The notes: generated by a model not told the origin, from the sequence alone. A stretch of 64,000 nt of DNA from an uncultured Verrucomicrobia subdivision 3 bacterium (GCA_903870815.1 CAIQEI010000111.1:28-64027), one strand, 5' to 3'; numbered from the stretch's first letter, positions 9,104 to 19,131 are shown. Translations and numbers: made by a program.

Positions 9104-9552
9104 GGTTTGATCGGCGTGGCGCTGGCCGCCGGCAGTGTGGCGAGTACGATGCGGGTGATGCCGAGGTTGGTGTTGCCGGGCAGCGGTTCCCGCGCAAGCA
9201 GGGCGAGCCGTGCCAGTTCATCGTAGCTTACGGCCTTGTCGGCGTGGATGACGAGCGTGTGCGGTTTGTGCGCACCACGGAGGGCGGCGGCGAGCGAGGT
9301 CTTCAGCACCGCTTCGGTGATGATCTGATTTTCAAAATAAAGCCGGTTCGACGCGTCCACGGCCACGGCGATGACCGCCCCGTCCACGCCCGGCAGGTCG
9401 GCGACGGTCGGCGGCTGGAGGTTCATTTGCAATCCTGAAACCGGTATCAACGCGGCCTGGAGCAGAAAGATCAGCAAAACGAAAAAGACGGCCGCGAACG
9501 GCGCGACGTCAAATTGGCTGCGCAGGATTTTGGCGGTGCGCGGGAATTTCAT
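9100..9552 (-). CDS. exbD: Biopolymer transport protein ExbD/TolR
   Basis: Typical ExbD N-terminus (FDVAPFAAVFFVLLIFLL) and a periplasmic domain ending VIHADKAVSYDELARL. Confidence 0.85.
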   Translation of the reverse strand: MKFPRTAKILRSQFDVAPFAAVFFVLLIFLLQAALIPVSGLQMNLQPPTVADLPGVDGAVIAVAVDASNRLYFENQIITEAVLKTSLAAALRGAHKPHTLVIHADKAVSYDELARLALLAREPLPGNTNLGITRIVLATLPAASATPIKP

Positions 9553-10169
9553 TGGCCGTTGCCGTTTTCGGTGACGATGTTCACGATCTCGGCGGCGGCG
9601 CGTTCCATGTCCAGCACAATTTTGTTCACGCGGCTGACGAGATAGTTGTAGCCGGCATGCGCGGGGATGGCCACGGCGATACCGCCGGCAGCGCAGACCA
9701 GCGCCTTCCAGACGCCGTGCGAGAGCAGTTCGATGTTGGCATACAAACCGGCCTGTTCAATGTGGCCGAAAACATCAATAAAGCCGAGAATGGTGCCGAA
9801 CAGGCCGAGCAGCGGGGCGATCTGCGTGATGGTGGCCAGCAGGTTCAATTTTTCCTCCAGCCGCGGCACCTCGATGAGGCCGGCCTCCTCGACCGCCTCG
9901 CGCACCCGTTCGCGGCCAAGGTCGCGCGCAAGAATGGCCGCCTTCACGAGCCTTGCGACTGGCCCGGCCGTGGCGTCGCAGATGGCGATGGCTTCGACGA
10001 TGTTGCCGCGCTTGATGACGGTGCGGACGCCATTCAGAAACTCGGCGGAATTGATCTGGGAACGGTGGCAGAACAGCGCGCGTTCGATGAATACCACGGC
10101 GGCAGTGGCGGCGGCGATGAGAATCAGCCAGATGACCGGCCCGCCATTGGCTAAAAGTGTCGGCAACAT
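9549..10169 (-). CDS. exbB: MotA/TolQ/ExbB proton channel protein
   Basis: Signature LATITQIAPLLGLFGTILGFIDVF plus three TM segments. Confidence 0.9.
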   Translation of the reverse strand: MLPTLLANGGPVIWLILIAAATAAVVFIERALFCHRSQINSAEFLNGVRTVIKRGNIVEAIAICDATAGPVARLVKAAILARDLGRERVREAVEEAGLIEVPRLEEKLNLLATITQIAPLLGLFGTILGFIDVFGHIEQAGLYANIELLSHGVWKALVCAAGGIAVAIPAHAGYNYLVSRVNKIVLDMERAAAEIVNIVTENGNGQ

Positions 10170-10310
10170 GGCGTTGGTATAGGGCTTTGCGCACCAAGTT
10201 CAAAGTGCAAAATTCGCTGAACCAGATAAAGTGGTTTGCAAATGGCGGCTGCTCATTTCCCTTTCTAAATTCTGGCTTCTGATTTTTGCCTCCGCTATTC
10301 TTGAATCAAC

Positions 10311-10925
10311 ATGGCTATTGCAAACGAAAATGTGCTGGTTTTCTCGCGCTCACTTTTTGAGCAACTGGGAATTTTTCAGGGTTTCAGCGGGCAGGTGGAC
10401 CGCTATTTGTCGGCGATTCTCGATCCCAAAAACAACAGCTTCCTCGCCCGCGCAAACGCCGAGACCAATCCCGGCTTCAAGCAGGTCATTCCGTATGTGG
10501 TGATCACCGACGGGAAAAGTATCCTGCATTATGTGCGCGGAAAAAAGGCCGGTGAGCAGCGCCTCGTCGCCAAAGGCTCCATCGGTATCGGCGGGCACAT
10601 CAATGACGAGGATCACACGCTCTTTGCCTTCGGCGTGCAGGCGTTTCAGGATGCCGTGAAGCGCGAGGTCTGCGAGGAGCTTTCCCTTCAGGGCGAGTTT
10701 AACGCGCGCCCAGCCGGCCTGATCAATGACGATTCCACGGAGGTCGGGCAGGTTCACTTTGGTGTGGTGCATGTGCTGTTCCGTACACCGGACCAGGTAA
10801 AGAAAAACGAGCAGGTCATCACCCAGATGGAATTTATTGCCATTGACGAACTCAAGGCGAAGCGCGAACAGATGGAAACTTGGTCTCAGATTTGCCTCGA
10901 TAATATTGAGGCGATTTTAATGTAA
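10311..10925 (+). CDS. Nudix-like phosphoesterase (MutT superfamily)
   Basis: Nudix-box-like segment GIGGHINDEDH..(x)..AVKREVCEELSL. Confidence 0.65.
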   Translation: MAIANENVLVFSRSLFEQLGIFQGFSGQVDRYLSAILDPKNNSFLARANAETNPGFKQVIPYVVITDGKSILHYVRGKKAGEQRLVAKGSIGIGGHINDEDHTLFAFGVQAFQDAVKREVCEELSLQGEFNARPAGLINDDSTEVGQVHFGVVHVLFRTPDQVKKNEQVITQMEFIAIDELKAKREQMETWSQICLDNIEAILM

Positions 10926-10934
10926 TTACTTTTT

Positions 10935-12473
10935 ATGGAACCACCCGACCGGAAAAAGCGGATTCTCATTGCGGTCGCCGGGGCGGTAGTGGCGTTGGGT
11001 TTCATGGGGAATTTCTTCTGGGACTTTTTTAAGGACTTTCGCGGCACCCAACCCAACGGTCATCCTGGCTCCAATGTCCCACTGCTTGTGTTCGGCGGAT
11101 TTTTTCTCGTGATGGCGCTCGCTGTGGTCATCAGCGTGGTGCGCGGCATTCGTAAACTGTCAAACTCTGCTTCCACCGTCCCGCCGCCGCGCGAGGACAA
11201 GCCCTGGCTGAAGCGCGCCGACTGGGCGGCGGGTAAAATCAAGTCCACCGCCGGCGCGCAGGTAAAGGCTTTTGCCATCATGGCGCTGGCTTTCTGCGGC
11301 TTGGGCGGGCTGTTCACTTTTACCATGCTGCCGAAGGAGTTGCACAACGGAAATTATATGGCGCTCCTTGTGCTGATTTTCCCGGCCATTGGCATTGGCT
11401 TTGTCATCGCCATCGTGCGCGCCGTGCGGGCGCACCGCCGCTACGGCGACTGTTTTTTTGAGCTCGCTCAAATTCCCGCGCCGCTCGGCGGTTCGCTGGA
11501 CGGCATGATTCAAACCGGTGCGCGCCTCCGGCTGGAAAAGGGCTTGTACTTGAAACTTTCCTGCATTCGCCGCGTCGTCACCGGCTCCGGCAAAAATCAA
11601 AGTACTCAGGAAACCGTCCTCTGGCAGGGTGAAAAAGTTTTCAAGCCCGAAGCTAGCCTGCCCGAACCGGAACCGGGCCACACCGGTATCCCGGTTTTCT
11701 TCAAGCTGCCGGCGGACCAGCCGGAATGTTTCGCGCGCGGCAACGAGGCCGTCAACTGGCGGCTGGAGGCAAAGGCCAAAATGTCCGGCCCGGATTTTTC
11801 CGCATCGTTTGAAGTGCCGGTGTATCACGTCGCCGGCGCGGCCATTGCCGAACCAGCAGATGAGTCTGATCCGACTGCCGCGCTGCAAATGCCCGTCGAA
11901 GATCTGCGCCGTGACGAACATTCCAGGATCCAAATTACCGCCGGCCCCGCCGGCCGCGAATTCTATTTCCCGTCGGCGCGAAACCCCGGCATCGCGTTCT
12001 TCACGACGTTGGTCATGCTGGTATTTAACGGTGCAGCGGTGATCATGTATCGGGCGCATGCGCCAATAGTGTTTCCCATCGTGTTTGGTTTGATCGGCAT
12101 TCTATTAATCCTTGGTACATTCAACCTTTGGTTTAAATCCAGCCGGATCACCATCAATCCCACGCGAGTCCTCGCCATTAACCGCTGGCTCATTTTTTCG
12201 CGAACCCGGCAGTATGATGCCGGCGACATCGCCCGGTTTGAACTAAAAACTGGTATGACGAGCGGCACGCAAACTTTTCAAGATATCAAGCTGATCATAA
12301 GCGATTGCGCGGACGATTTTGCGACGCGAAAAGCCCGCTTCCAGCAAACCGGCGAACGTCCGGCGTTGAAATTCAAGGTCGGCAATCCAACCATCGCCAG
12401 TGGCCTCGCCAGCAAGCCGGAAGCCGACTGGCTTGTGCAGGAAATGACCAGGGCGCTCGGAAGGCATGCGTGA
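10935..12473 (+). CDS. Hypothetical polytopic membrane protein, 512 aa
   Basis: Alternating TM pairs and soluble beta-rich segments. No family recognised. Confidence 0.6.
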   Translation: MEPPDRKKRILIAVAGAVVALGFMGNFFWDFFKDFRGTQPNGHPGSNVPLLVFGGFFLVMALAVVISVVRGIRKLSNSASTVPPPREDKPWLKRADWAAGKIKSTAGAQVKAFAIMALAFCGLGGLFTFTMLPKELHNGNYMALLVLIFPAIGIGFVIAIVRAVRAHRRYGDCFFELAQIPAPLGGSLDGMIQTGARLRLEKGLYLKLSCIRRVVTGSGKNQSTQETVLWQGEKVFKPEASLPEPEPGHTGIPVFFKLPADQPECFARGNEAVNWRLEAKAKMSGPDFSASFEVPVYHVAGAAIAEPADESDPTAALQMPVEDLRRDEHSRIQITAGPAGREFYFPSARNPGIAFFTTLVMLVFNGAAVIMYRAHAPIVFPIVFGLIGILLILGTFNLWFKSSRITINPTRVLAINRWLIFSRTRQYDAGDIARFELKTGMTSGTQTFQDIKLIISDCADDFATRKARFQQTGERPALKFKVGNPTIASGLASKPEADWLVQEMTRALGRHA

Positions 12474-12482
12474 ATTTCCATC

Positions 12483-13079
12483 GTGAGCGTCCAACTAAAA
12501 ACTAATAACTCAAAACTCAAGACTTCTGTTCCCCTCCGCTGGCGCAAGGATGTTCAGCGCGTGCTCATCACGGAAGCGCATATTGCCGGGCGCCTCAAAA
12601 CCCTGGCGCGCGAGATTGAACAGGATTTTAATGGTCGCGAAACGGTCGTGGTTGGGCTGCTCAACGGCACTGTGGTTTTTCTCGCCGACCTGATCCGCCA
12701 TTTAAATTTGCCGTTGCGCCTCGATTTTATTGGCGTCTCCAGCTACGGCGCAGGCATAGAATCCAGCGACATCGTTTTCACCAAAGAACTGCGCTTTGAC
12801 GTGCGCGGCCGCGACGTGTTGCTGGTGGACGACATCCTCGACACCGGCAATACCTTGGCCCGTGTGTTGCCAAAACTTCGCGAGCTGAAACCGCGCCGCC
12901 TCAAAACCTGCGTGCTGCTGGATAAACCTGCCCGTCGCGTTGAAAACATTCGCGCCGATTACGTCGGCTTTACGGTTCCTGATGTTTTTGTCGTTGGCTA
13001 CGGTCTGGATTTCGCCGAACGTTATCGCAACCTGCCTTTCGTCGGCGTGCTGCACCCACACCTTTGCCGGAAGGCCTGA
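12483..13079 (+). CDS. hpt: Hypoxanthine phosphoribosyltransferase
   Basis: PRPP-binding motif VLLVDDILDTGNTL. VVGYGLDFAERYRNLPFVGVL matches the Hpt C-terminus. GTG start. Confidence 0.9.
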   Translation: MSVQLKTNNSKLKTSVPLRWRKDVQRVLITEAHIAGRLKTLAREIEQDFNGRETVVVGLLNGTVVFLADLIRHLNLPLRLDFIGVSSYGAGIESSDIVFTKELRFDVRGRDVLLVDDILDTGNTLARVLPKLRELKPRRLKTCVLLDKPARRVENIRADYVGFTVPDVFVVGYGLDFAERYRNLPFVGVLHPHLCRKA

Positions 13080-13082
13080 ATC

Positions 13083-13997
13083 ATGCCCTTCACTTTGCCG
13101 AAACTCTCGCGCCGCGATTTCTTGAAACGCGCCGCGCTGGCCGGGGCCACACTCACGCTCGTGCCGCCGAGCTACGCCAGCCCGTTCGGAAAATCGCGGG
13201 ACAAACACACGTTCGTCCTTTACTCGGACACGCACATTGCCGCCGATGCCTCCGCGAAATTCCTGAATGCCAGGATGGCAGACAACCTCGCCGCGGTTGT
13301 GCGCGAACTGTCCGCGTGGCCGGTCTGTCCCGCCGCCGTCATCGTCAACGGTGACCTGGCTTTCAAGTCCGGCCTGCCGGAGGATTATCCGACGTTCGGC
13401 AAATTGATTGAACCTGTCCGCGCGCTGGCGCCGGTTCACCTTTCCCTCGGCAACCACGACGAGCGCGAAAATTTCTGGCAAGCATTTCCGTTTGACGCGA
13501 CGCGGCTGAAATCCGTTCCGCAACGGCAGTCGTCGGTTTTTGCCAGCGACCGCGCGAACTGGTTTCTCCTTGATTCGTTGGAACTGACGGATCACACGCC
13601 GGGCGATCTTGGCGCAGCGGAGCTGGATTGGCTTCACCGCGAACTTGCCGCGCGGCCGGATCTGCCAGCCATCATTGTCTGCCACCACAATCTGCAGGTC
13701 CCCGGCGGCACGCCGGGTTTGAAGGATACAGCGGCGCTGGAAGATTTATTCGTCCGGCATCGGCAGGTGAAGGCATTCATCTTCGGCCACACGCATGACT
13801 GGCGCGTTTCGACCCATGTCAGTGGCGTCCACCTCATCAACCTGCCGCCGACCGGCTACGTGTTTCAAGCCGGCCGGCCGAGCGGCTGGGTGCGCTGCAC
13901 GCTCGCCCGCGACGGCGCGGAAATTGAATTGCGTTCACTCGACCCGAAACATCCCGAACACGCTCAGGTCAAAAAACTTTCCTGGCGGACGGCTTGA
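13083..13997 (+). CDS. Tat-exported metallophosphoesterase (calcineurin-like)
   Basis: Twin-arginine signal SRRDFLKRAALAGATL. Metallophosphoesterase motifs SDTHI, NGDL, GNHD, GHTH. Confidence 0.8.
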   Translation: MPFTLPKLSRRDFLKRAALAGATLTLVPPSYASPFGKSRDKHTFVLYSDTHIAADASAKFLNARMADNLAAVVRELSAWPVCPAAVIVNGDLAFKSGLPEDYPTFGKLIEPVRALAPVHLSLGNHDERENFWQAFPFDATRLKSVPQRQSSVFASDRANWFLLDSLELTDHTPGDLGAAELDWLHRELAARPDLPAIIVCHHNLQVPGGTPGLKDTAALEDLFVRHRQVKAFIFGHTHDWRVSTHVSGVHLINLPPTGYVFQAGRPSGWVRCTLARDGAEIELRSLDPKHPEHAQVKKLSWRTA

Positions 13998-14048
13998 ACC
14001 GCGCCTTGATTGACGCTGGCGGGTTGTCTATTCTCGGCGCTTAATTTT

Positions 14049-15287
14049 ATGGCCTTTCTCAACGACAACTATCTCAAGCTCAAAGCCGGTTACCTCTTTC
14101 CCGAAATCGGCCGCCGCGTTAAGACGTTTTGCGACGCGAATCCCGAGGCGGCGAAGCGTCTCATCCGCTGCGGCATCGGCGACGTGACCGAGCCGCTGCC
14201 GCCCGCCGCCATCGCTGCGCTGCACAAGGCCGTGGACGAAATGGCGGCCCGCGAGACGTTCAAAGGTTACGGCCCGGAGCAGGGCTATGACTGGCTGCGC
14301 CATGCCATCGCGCAAAATGATTTCCGCGACCGCGGCCTCGACGTGGCCGATGATGAGATTTTTATTAGCGACGGCTCGAAGTGCGATTGCGGCAACATCC
14401 TCGATATCCTCGGTGCGAAAAACAAAATCGCCATCAGCGATCCGGTTTATCCCGTCTATGTGGACACGAACGTGATGGCCGGCCACACCGGCGAATCGAA
14501 TGCCGCGGGCGCCTACGCCAAGCTCGTCTACCTGCCGTGCAAAGCCGGACAAGGCTTCATTCCGTTGCCGCCGAAAAAGCACGTGGACGTGATTTACCTC
14601 TGCTCGCCGAATAATCCGACCGGCGCGGCGGCCACGCGTGAGCAGCTCGAAGCGTGGGTCAAATACGCGCTGGAACACAAGGCCGTGATTCTATTTGACG
14701 CGGCTTACGAGGCTTACATCACCGAGCCGGGCCTTCCGCATTCCATATACGAAATCGCCGGTGCCCGTGACTGCGCCATCGAGTTTCGCAGTTTTTCCAA
14801 GAATGGTGGCTTCACTGGCACGCGCTGCGCGTTCACGGTGGTGCCCAAGTCGCTCAACGCGCAGACCAAGTCCGGCGGGTTCCAGCCGCTGCATCCGATC
14901 TGGAACCGGCGTTCGACCACCAAGTTCAACGGCGTCAGTTATATTGTCCAGCGCGCCGCGGAGGCGCTTTACACGCCGGAGGGCAAAGCGCAGGTGGCCG
15001 TGCTCATCCGGAATTATCTCGGCAACGCGGAGATTCTCCGCCGGGGCGTGAATCAGGCCGGGTTGAAAGTGTTCGGCGGCGTGAACGCGCCTTACCTCTG
15101 GGTCCGCACGCCGAAGGGGGTCACCAGCTGGCAGGCGTTTGACCAGATCTTGAATGGGGCGAACGTGGTCATCACGCCCGGTTCCGGCTTCGGCTCGAAG
15201 GGCGAGGGCTATTTCCGCATCAGCGCGTTCAACAGCCGCGCCAACGTCGAGGAAGTCGCGCGCCGGTTGCCGGAATTGAAGTGGTGA
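14049..15287 (+). CDS. dapL: LL-diaminopimelate aminotransferase
   Basis: Characteristic N-terminus [40 protein letters not shown] (PLP lysine). ATG 14049 chosen over ORF-track start 14010. Confidence 0.85.
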   Translation: MAFLNDNYLKLKAGYLFPEIGRRVKTFCDANPEAAKRLIRCGIGDVTEPLPPAAIAALHKAVDEMAARETFKGYGPEQGYDWLRHAIAQNDFRDRGLDVADDEIFISDGSKCDCGNILDILGAKNKIAISDPVYPVYVDTNVMAGHTGESNAAGAYAKLVYLPCKAGQGFIPLPPKKHVDVIYLCSPNNPTGAAATREQLEAWVKYALEHKAVILFDAAYEAYITEPGLPHSIYEIAGARDCAIEFRSFSKNGGFTGTRCAFTVVPKSLNAQTKSGGFQPLHPIWNRRSTTKFNGVSYIVQRAAEALYTPEGKAQVAVLIRNYLGNAEILRRGVNQAGLKVFGGVNAPYLWVRTPKGVTSWQAFDQILNGANVVITPGSGFGSKGEGYFRISAFNSRANVEEVARRLPELKW

Positions 15288-15365
15288 TTTTTCAGCATTG
15301 CGGGAGAAAACCTTTATGGTATTCTGAACCCTCGTTTTACAAAAAATCAACCGAAGATATAATTT

Positions 15366-15521
15366 ATGTCACAGCATCGCAGCCTCCGCGCGGCGTCCAC
15401 TTTGGGCGGCAAGCGCAATGTCCTGAAGCGTTTTGAACGCACGGCGCTCCTCGAAAAGCGCGGCCAGCGCAAAGCCGGCGATAAGATTACCGGCCTCCGC
15501 AAGACGAAGCCGGAAGCCTGA
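15366..15521 (+). CDS. Small basic protein, 51 aa (below the ORF-track cutoff)
   Basis: My own translation: MSQHRSLRAASTLGGKRNVLKRFERTALLEKRGQRKAGDKITGLRKTKPEA. It resembles the small basic protein family conserved in PVC bacteria (from memory). It sits in an otherwise non-coding gap. Confidence 0.6.
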   Translation: MSQHRSLRAASTLGGKRNVLKRFERTALLEKRGQRKAGDKITGLRKTKPEA

Positions 15522-15534
15522 TGAACGCGGATTT

Positions 15535-15606
15535 CGGAGTGCGAAGTGCGGATTGAAAGCCGCCGTTGATTTGCTTTTCCGCACTCCGCGTTCCGCACTC
15601 CGCACT
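15535..15606. repeat. Inverted arrangement of TCCGCAC-type heptamers (potential hairpin)
   Basis: Left arm cggagtgcgaagtgcgga (15535-15552). Right arm tccgcac tccgcgt tccgcac tccgcac t (15578-15606). 14 of 15 positions can pair between the left arm and 15592-15606. Confidence 0.85.
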
Positions 15607-16320
15607 TTGAGCGTTCGTTTGCAGAAATTTCTGGCTGATGCCGGCGTGGCTTCCCGCCGGGCCGGGGAGCGGATTATTTTGGAAGGGCGCGTGGCGGTCA
15701 ACGGCAAGGTTGTCCGGCTGCTGGGCACCAAGGTGGATCCGGACCACGATCAGGTGGCCGTGGATGGAAAATCGGTCCGCCCGATGAAGCTGGTATACGT
15801 CGCGCTGAATAAGCCGCCGGGCTGCGTCTGTTCGCGCCAGGACGAGCTGAACCGGCCGACGATATACGGCCTGTTGCCGCGGGAGTGGAAAACCGTCCAA
15901 TCCGTCGGGCGGCTGGACTACAACAGCGAAGGATTGATTTTTCTGACGAATGATGGACAATTCGCCTTGCGCCTGACCCATCCGCGTTATGGTGTCCGCA
16001 AGCGGTACCTGGTAAGTGTCGAGGGTGAAGTGACGCCGGCCATGCTCGAGCTTTTCCAGCGGGGCATTTTTCACGAGGGCGAAAAATTGCAGGCGCTGTC
16101 GGCGCGGATTCTTTCCGGCACCCGGCACAAAAGCGTTGTGGAATTGGAGCTCGGCGAGGGCAAGAACCGCGAGGTGCGGCGGCTGTTTGAGTCGCAGGCC
16201 ATCACGGTGAAAAAATTGCAGCGGACGCAGATCGGCAGGATCAAGCTCGGCGAATTGAAGCTGGGCAAATGGCGGACGCTGAACGCGGTGGAAATTAAAA
16301 CTTTGACGACTGATTTATGA
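15607..16320 (+). CDS. RluB/RsuA-family 23S/16S rRNA pseudouridine synthase with S4 domain
   Basis: S4 domain RLQKFLADAGVASRRAGERIILEGRVAVNG and catalytic block GRLDYNSEGLIFLTNDG. The start is uncertain: TTG 15607 is proposed, and ORF-track start 15433 overlaps the small basic gene and the repeat. Confidence 0.8.
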   Translation: MSVRLQKFLADAGVASRRAGERIILEGRVAVNGKVVRLLGTKVDPDHDQVAVDGKSVRPMKLVYVALNKPPGCVCSRQDELNRPTIYGLLPREWKTVQSVGRLDYNSEGLIFLTNDGQFALRLTHPRYGVRKRYLVSVEGEVTPAMLELFQRGIFHEGEKLQALSARILSGTRHKSVVELELGEGKNREVRRLFESQAITVKKLQRTQIGRIKLGELKLGKWRTLNAVEIKTLTTDL

Positions 16321-17435
16321 AAACGAACTACTGGTTGATTTTAGGAACGATGCTCGCCACGACGGCTGTGGCGCAGGTCAACACCAACACGCTCCCGGAA
16401 ATGCCCGCCCCGGCCACCGCCGCGCCTGCCCCGGCCGCCCTGGTCAGCACCAACCCGGTTGCGTCCGCCGAAACCAAGCCGGCCCCGGTAAAACACCGGA
16501 AGAAGAAGGTGGTGAAAAAGATTTCCGAGCCGACCGTCGCGCTCGTGCCCGGCCCGGCCACCGTCGCCGCCCCCAATCTCAACCTGCGCGGGCAGGCCGG
16601 TTTGAAGGGCGAAGTCGTCGGCCACTTGAAAAGTGGCGACGCGGTGACCGTGATTTCCCAGATCAACCTCGACAAGCACGCCGCCGATGAACCCGCGCAA
16701 TGGGCGAAGATTTTGCTCCCGACCGGCACCAAAGTCTGGGTCAATACCAAGTTTGTGGAGGCGGCGACCAAGACTGTTTCCGCTAAGAAGCTCAACCTTC
16801 GCGCCGGGCCCGGTGAAAATTACAGCGTGGTTGGTGTGCTTGAAAAAGGCGCGTCCGTCAATGAATTGACCAACCATGGCGATTGGGCGCAAATCGAGAC
16901 TCCGGCGAACGCTTTTGCGTTTGTCGCGGCGATGTATTTGATCCAGGCAGCTCCGCCAGTTGTCGAGCCGACCGCCGCTCCGGTTGAAACTCCGGTGGCC
17001 AACACGCCGCCGCCCACGACCAACAATTTGGTCGAAGCCCAACCCATCGTCACTGAGCCGGCCGCCGCCCCTCCGGCGGGCGCGGACACCAACGCACCGC
17101 CCTCGGTGGTGGACACCAATCCTCCGCCGCCCCGCGTGGCTACGCATGAAGGTTATGTGCGTTCGTCCGTCAGTCTGGTTGCCCCGACCTATTATGAGCT
17201 TTACGATGCGAACAGTGGCAACGCGATCAACTATCTTTACACGACGAGCACCAACCTCGATCTGGCCCGCTACAACAATTATGAGGTCATCGTCACGGGC
17301 GAGGAAGGCATGTCCGCCCGCTGGAAAGACACGCCGGTGCTGACTATCCAGAAAATTTACGTCCTCTCCACCAATCCGCCGGCGTCATTAAACAAACGCG
17401 TCTATAGCCCCCGTGCAAGCCAGCAACGTCGTTGA
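16317..17435 (+). CDS. Secreted protein with two bacterial SH3 domains and Pro/Ala-rich linkers
   Basis: Signal peptide MKTNYWLILGTMLATTAVAQ. SH3b-like LNLRGQAGLKGEVVGHLKSGDAVTV and LNLRAGPGENYSVVGVLEKGASV. Confidence 0.75.
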   Translation: MKTNYWLILGTMLATTAVAQVNTNTLPEMPAPATAAPAPAALVSTNPVASAETKPAPVKHRKKKVVKKISEPTVALVPGPATVAAPNLNLRGQAGLKGEVVGHLKSGDAVTVISQINLDKHAADEPAQWAKILLPTGTKVWVNTKFVEAATKTVSAKKLNLRAGPGENYSVVGVLEKGASVNELTNHGDWAQIETPANAFAFVAAMYLIQAAPPVVEPTAAPVETPVANTPPPTTNNLVEAQPIVTEPAAAPPAGADTNAPPSVVDTNPPPPRVATHEGYVRSSVSLVAPTYYELYDANSGNAINYLYTTSTNLDLARYNNYEVIVTGEEGMSARWKDTPVLTIQKIYVLSTNPPASLNKRVYSPRASQQRR

Positions 17436-18300
17436 TGGTCGCGCCATCGCGGCGCAAATCCAGCGGGAACTCACCGCGCGTGTGGCCGACTTGAAGCGGC
17501 GCGGTGTGGTTCCCGGTCTCGCTTTTGTGCGCGTGGGCGAAGACCCGGCGTCAAAGGTCTATGTCGGCCGCAAGGAAAAGGCCTGCGCCGAACTGGGCAT
17601 CGTTTCCGAAACGCACGTCCTGCCCGAGAAAACCTCCGAGGCCGAACTGTTGGCGCTGATAGGGAAGTTGAATTCCACCCCTCACCTGCACGGCATTCTC
17701 GTGCAGGCGCCGTTGCCCAGACCGATCCGTGAATCGGTGGTTTTCGCCACGGTGTTGCCGTCGAAGGACGTGGACGGTTTCCATCCCGTGAACGTCGGCA
17801 AGCTCATGCTCGGCGACGACACCGGCTTCAAGCCCTGCACGCCCGCCGGCGTGGTGGAATTGCTCGTGCGCTCCGGGGTGCAAATCGAAGGCGCGGAAGT
17901 TGTTATTCTGGGTCGCGGCAATATCGTCGGCAAGCCGATGACTGCGATGCTTTGTCAAAAAGGCAAAAATGCCAATGCCACCGTCACCCTTTGTCATTCG
18001 GCTACTCGTGATGTCCGGGCGCATTGCCGGCGCGCGGACATCATTGTCGCGGCGATGGGCGTGGCGGAATTTTTGAAGGCCGACATGGTCAAGCCCGGGG
18101 TCGTGGTGATGGACGTGGGGGTGAACCGCGTGCCGGACGCGGCTTCAAAGACCGGCACCAAGCTGGTCGGTGACGTGGATTTTGCGAACGTGCAGCCCAT
18201 TGCCGGCAAGATTACGCCCAACCCGGGCGGCGTTGGCCCGATGACTATTGCCCTGCTGCTGCAAAACACCGTGCGCGCAGCGGAACAAGCCCTCGGTTAA
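17413..18300 (+). CDS. folD: Bifunctional methylenetetrahydrofolate dehydrogenase/cyclohydrolase
   Basis: VDGRAIAAQI.., VGEDPASKVYV, DVDGFHP, GRGNIVGKP and PGGVGPMT blocks. Confidence 0.95.
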   Translation: MQASNVVDGRAIAAQIQRELTARVADLKRRGVVPGLAFVRVGEDPASKVYVGRKEKACAELGIVSETHVLPEKTSEAELLALIGKLNSTPHLHGILVQAPLPRPIRESVVFATVLPSKDVDGFHPVNVGKLMLGDDTGFKPCTPAGVVELLVRSGVQIEGAEVVILGRGNIVGKPMTAMLCQKGKNANATVTLCHSATRDVRAHCRRADIIVAAMGVAEFLKADMVKPGVVVMDVGVNRVPDAASKTGTKLVGDVDFANVQPIAGKITPNPGGVGPMTIALLLQNTVRAAEQALG

Positions 18301-18353
18301 TTTACTTCGTTTGCCGAAAGGGCTTTCCCCATCCCGTCGCTTTTCCCTGCGGT

Positions 18354-18986
18354 TCAGTCCTGAATGAAATAGCTCAGGTTTTCCAGTTCGATGGCTAGGT
18401 TGACGTTGTTGACCATCACATCTTCCGGCACGGCGAGGACGATCGGGGAAAAATTCAGGATGCCCGTCACGCCGGACTCAATCATCTGGTTGGAAACGGC
18501 CTGAGCCGCCGCGGCGGGCACGGAAAGGATGGCCATTTTTACGCCGTGCTCGCGGATGAAGGCCGGCATGCTGTCCATGCTCAGGATAGGCTGCTTGATT
18601 TCCTTGTCGCGCTTCCGCGTGGGAGCGGCATCAAACGCGGCGATGATCTCAAACCCCTCCTTCTCAAACCCGCGATAGGAGAGTAATGCCATGCCGAGGT
18701 TGCCGACCCCCACCAAGATGACCGGCTGGAGGCTTGACGTGCCCAGTTCATTGGCGATCTTCTGGGAAAGCTCCGTCACATCATAGCCTAGCCCGCGCGT
18801 GCCGAACGTCCCGAAGTAGGCGAGATCTTTGCGGAGTTGCGTCGGCTTGACCCCGGCCGCCTTCGCCAGCGCCTCGCTGGAAACGGTGCCGATGCTGTTC
18901 TCCCGCAGTCGCGCGAGACAGCGCAGATAAATCGAGAGCCGATAAATCGTCTTGCGCGGAATGACGGGGCGGCCGGTTTTCTTCAC
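18354..18986 (-). CDS. rex: Redox-sensing transcriptional repressor Rex
   Basis: IPRKTIYRLSIYLRCL winged-helix N-terminus and Rossmann block VGVGNLGMALL. Confidence 0.9.
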   Translation of the reverse strand: MKKTGRPVIPRKTIYRLSIYLRCLARLRENSIGTVSSEALAKAAGVKPTQLRKDLAYFGTFGTRGLGYDVTELSQKIANELGTSSLQPVILVGVGNLGMALLSYRGFEKEGFEIIAAFDAAPTRKRDKEIKQPILSMDSMPAFIREHGVKMAILSVPAAAAQAVSNQMIESGVTGILNFSPIVLAVPEDVMVNNVNLAIELENLSYFIQD

Positions 18987-19131
18987 GCGCGAAAACTAGA
19001 CCACGGTGCAGTTCAACGCAAGCCGATGCATGGATGGTTCGGCGGGTTTGATCGGCACGGACAAAAGTATTGGCTGGCGTGGACTTGGATTGGTTTCGCT
19101 GCTCGCAAACTTAACTGCGGAAGGGTTGTCG

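Noticed and set aside
10231-10503. A 90-aa ORF overlapping the start of the Nudix-like gene
   Set aside because: It is out of frame with a better-supported gene and begins in the AT-rich promoter region. The sequence is hydrophobic and low in complexity.
18987-19131. Rex operator (TTGTGAA-N6-TTCACAA type) in the rex/purN divergent region
   Set aside because: I could not find a convincing match to the known Rex box in this interval.
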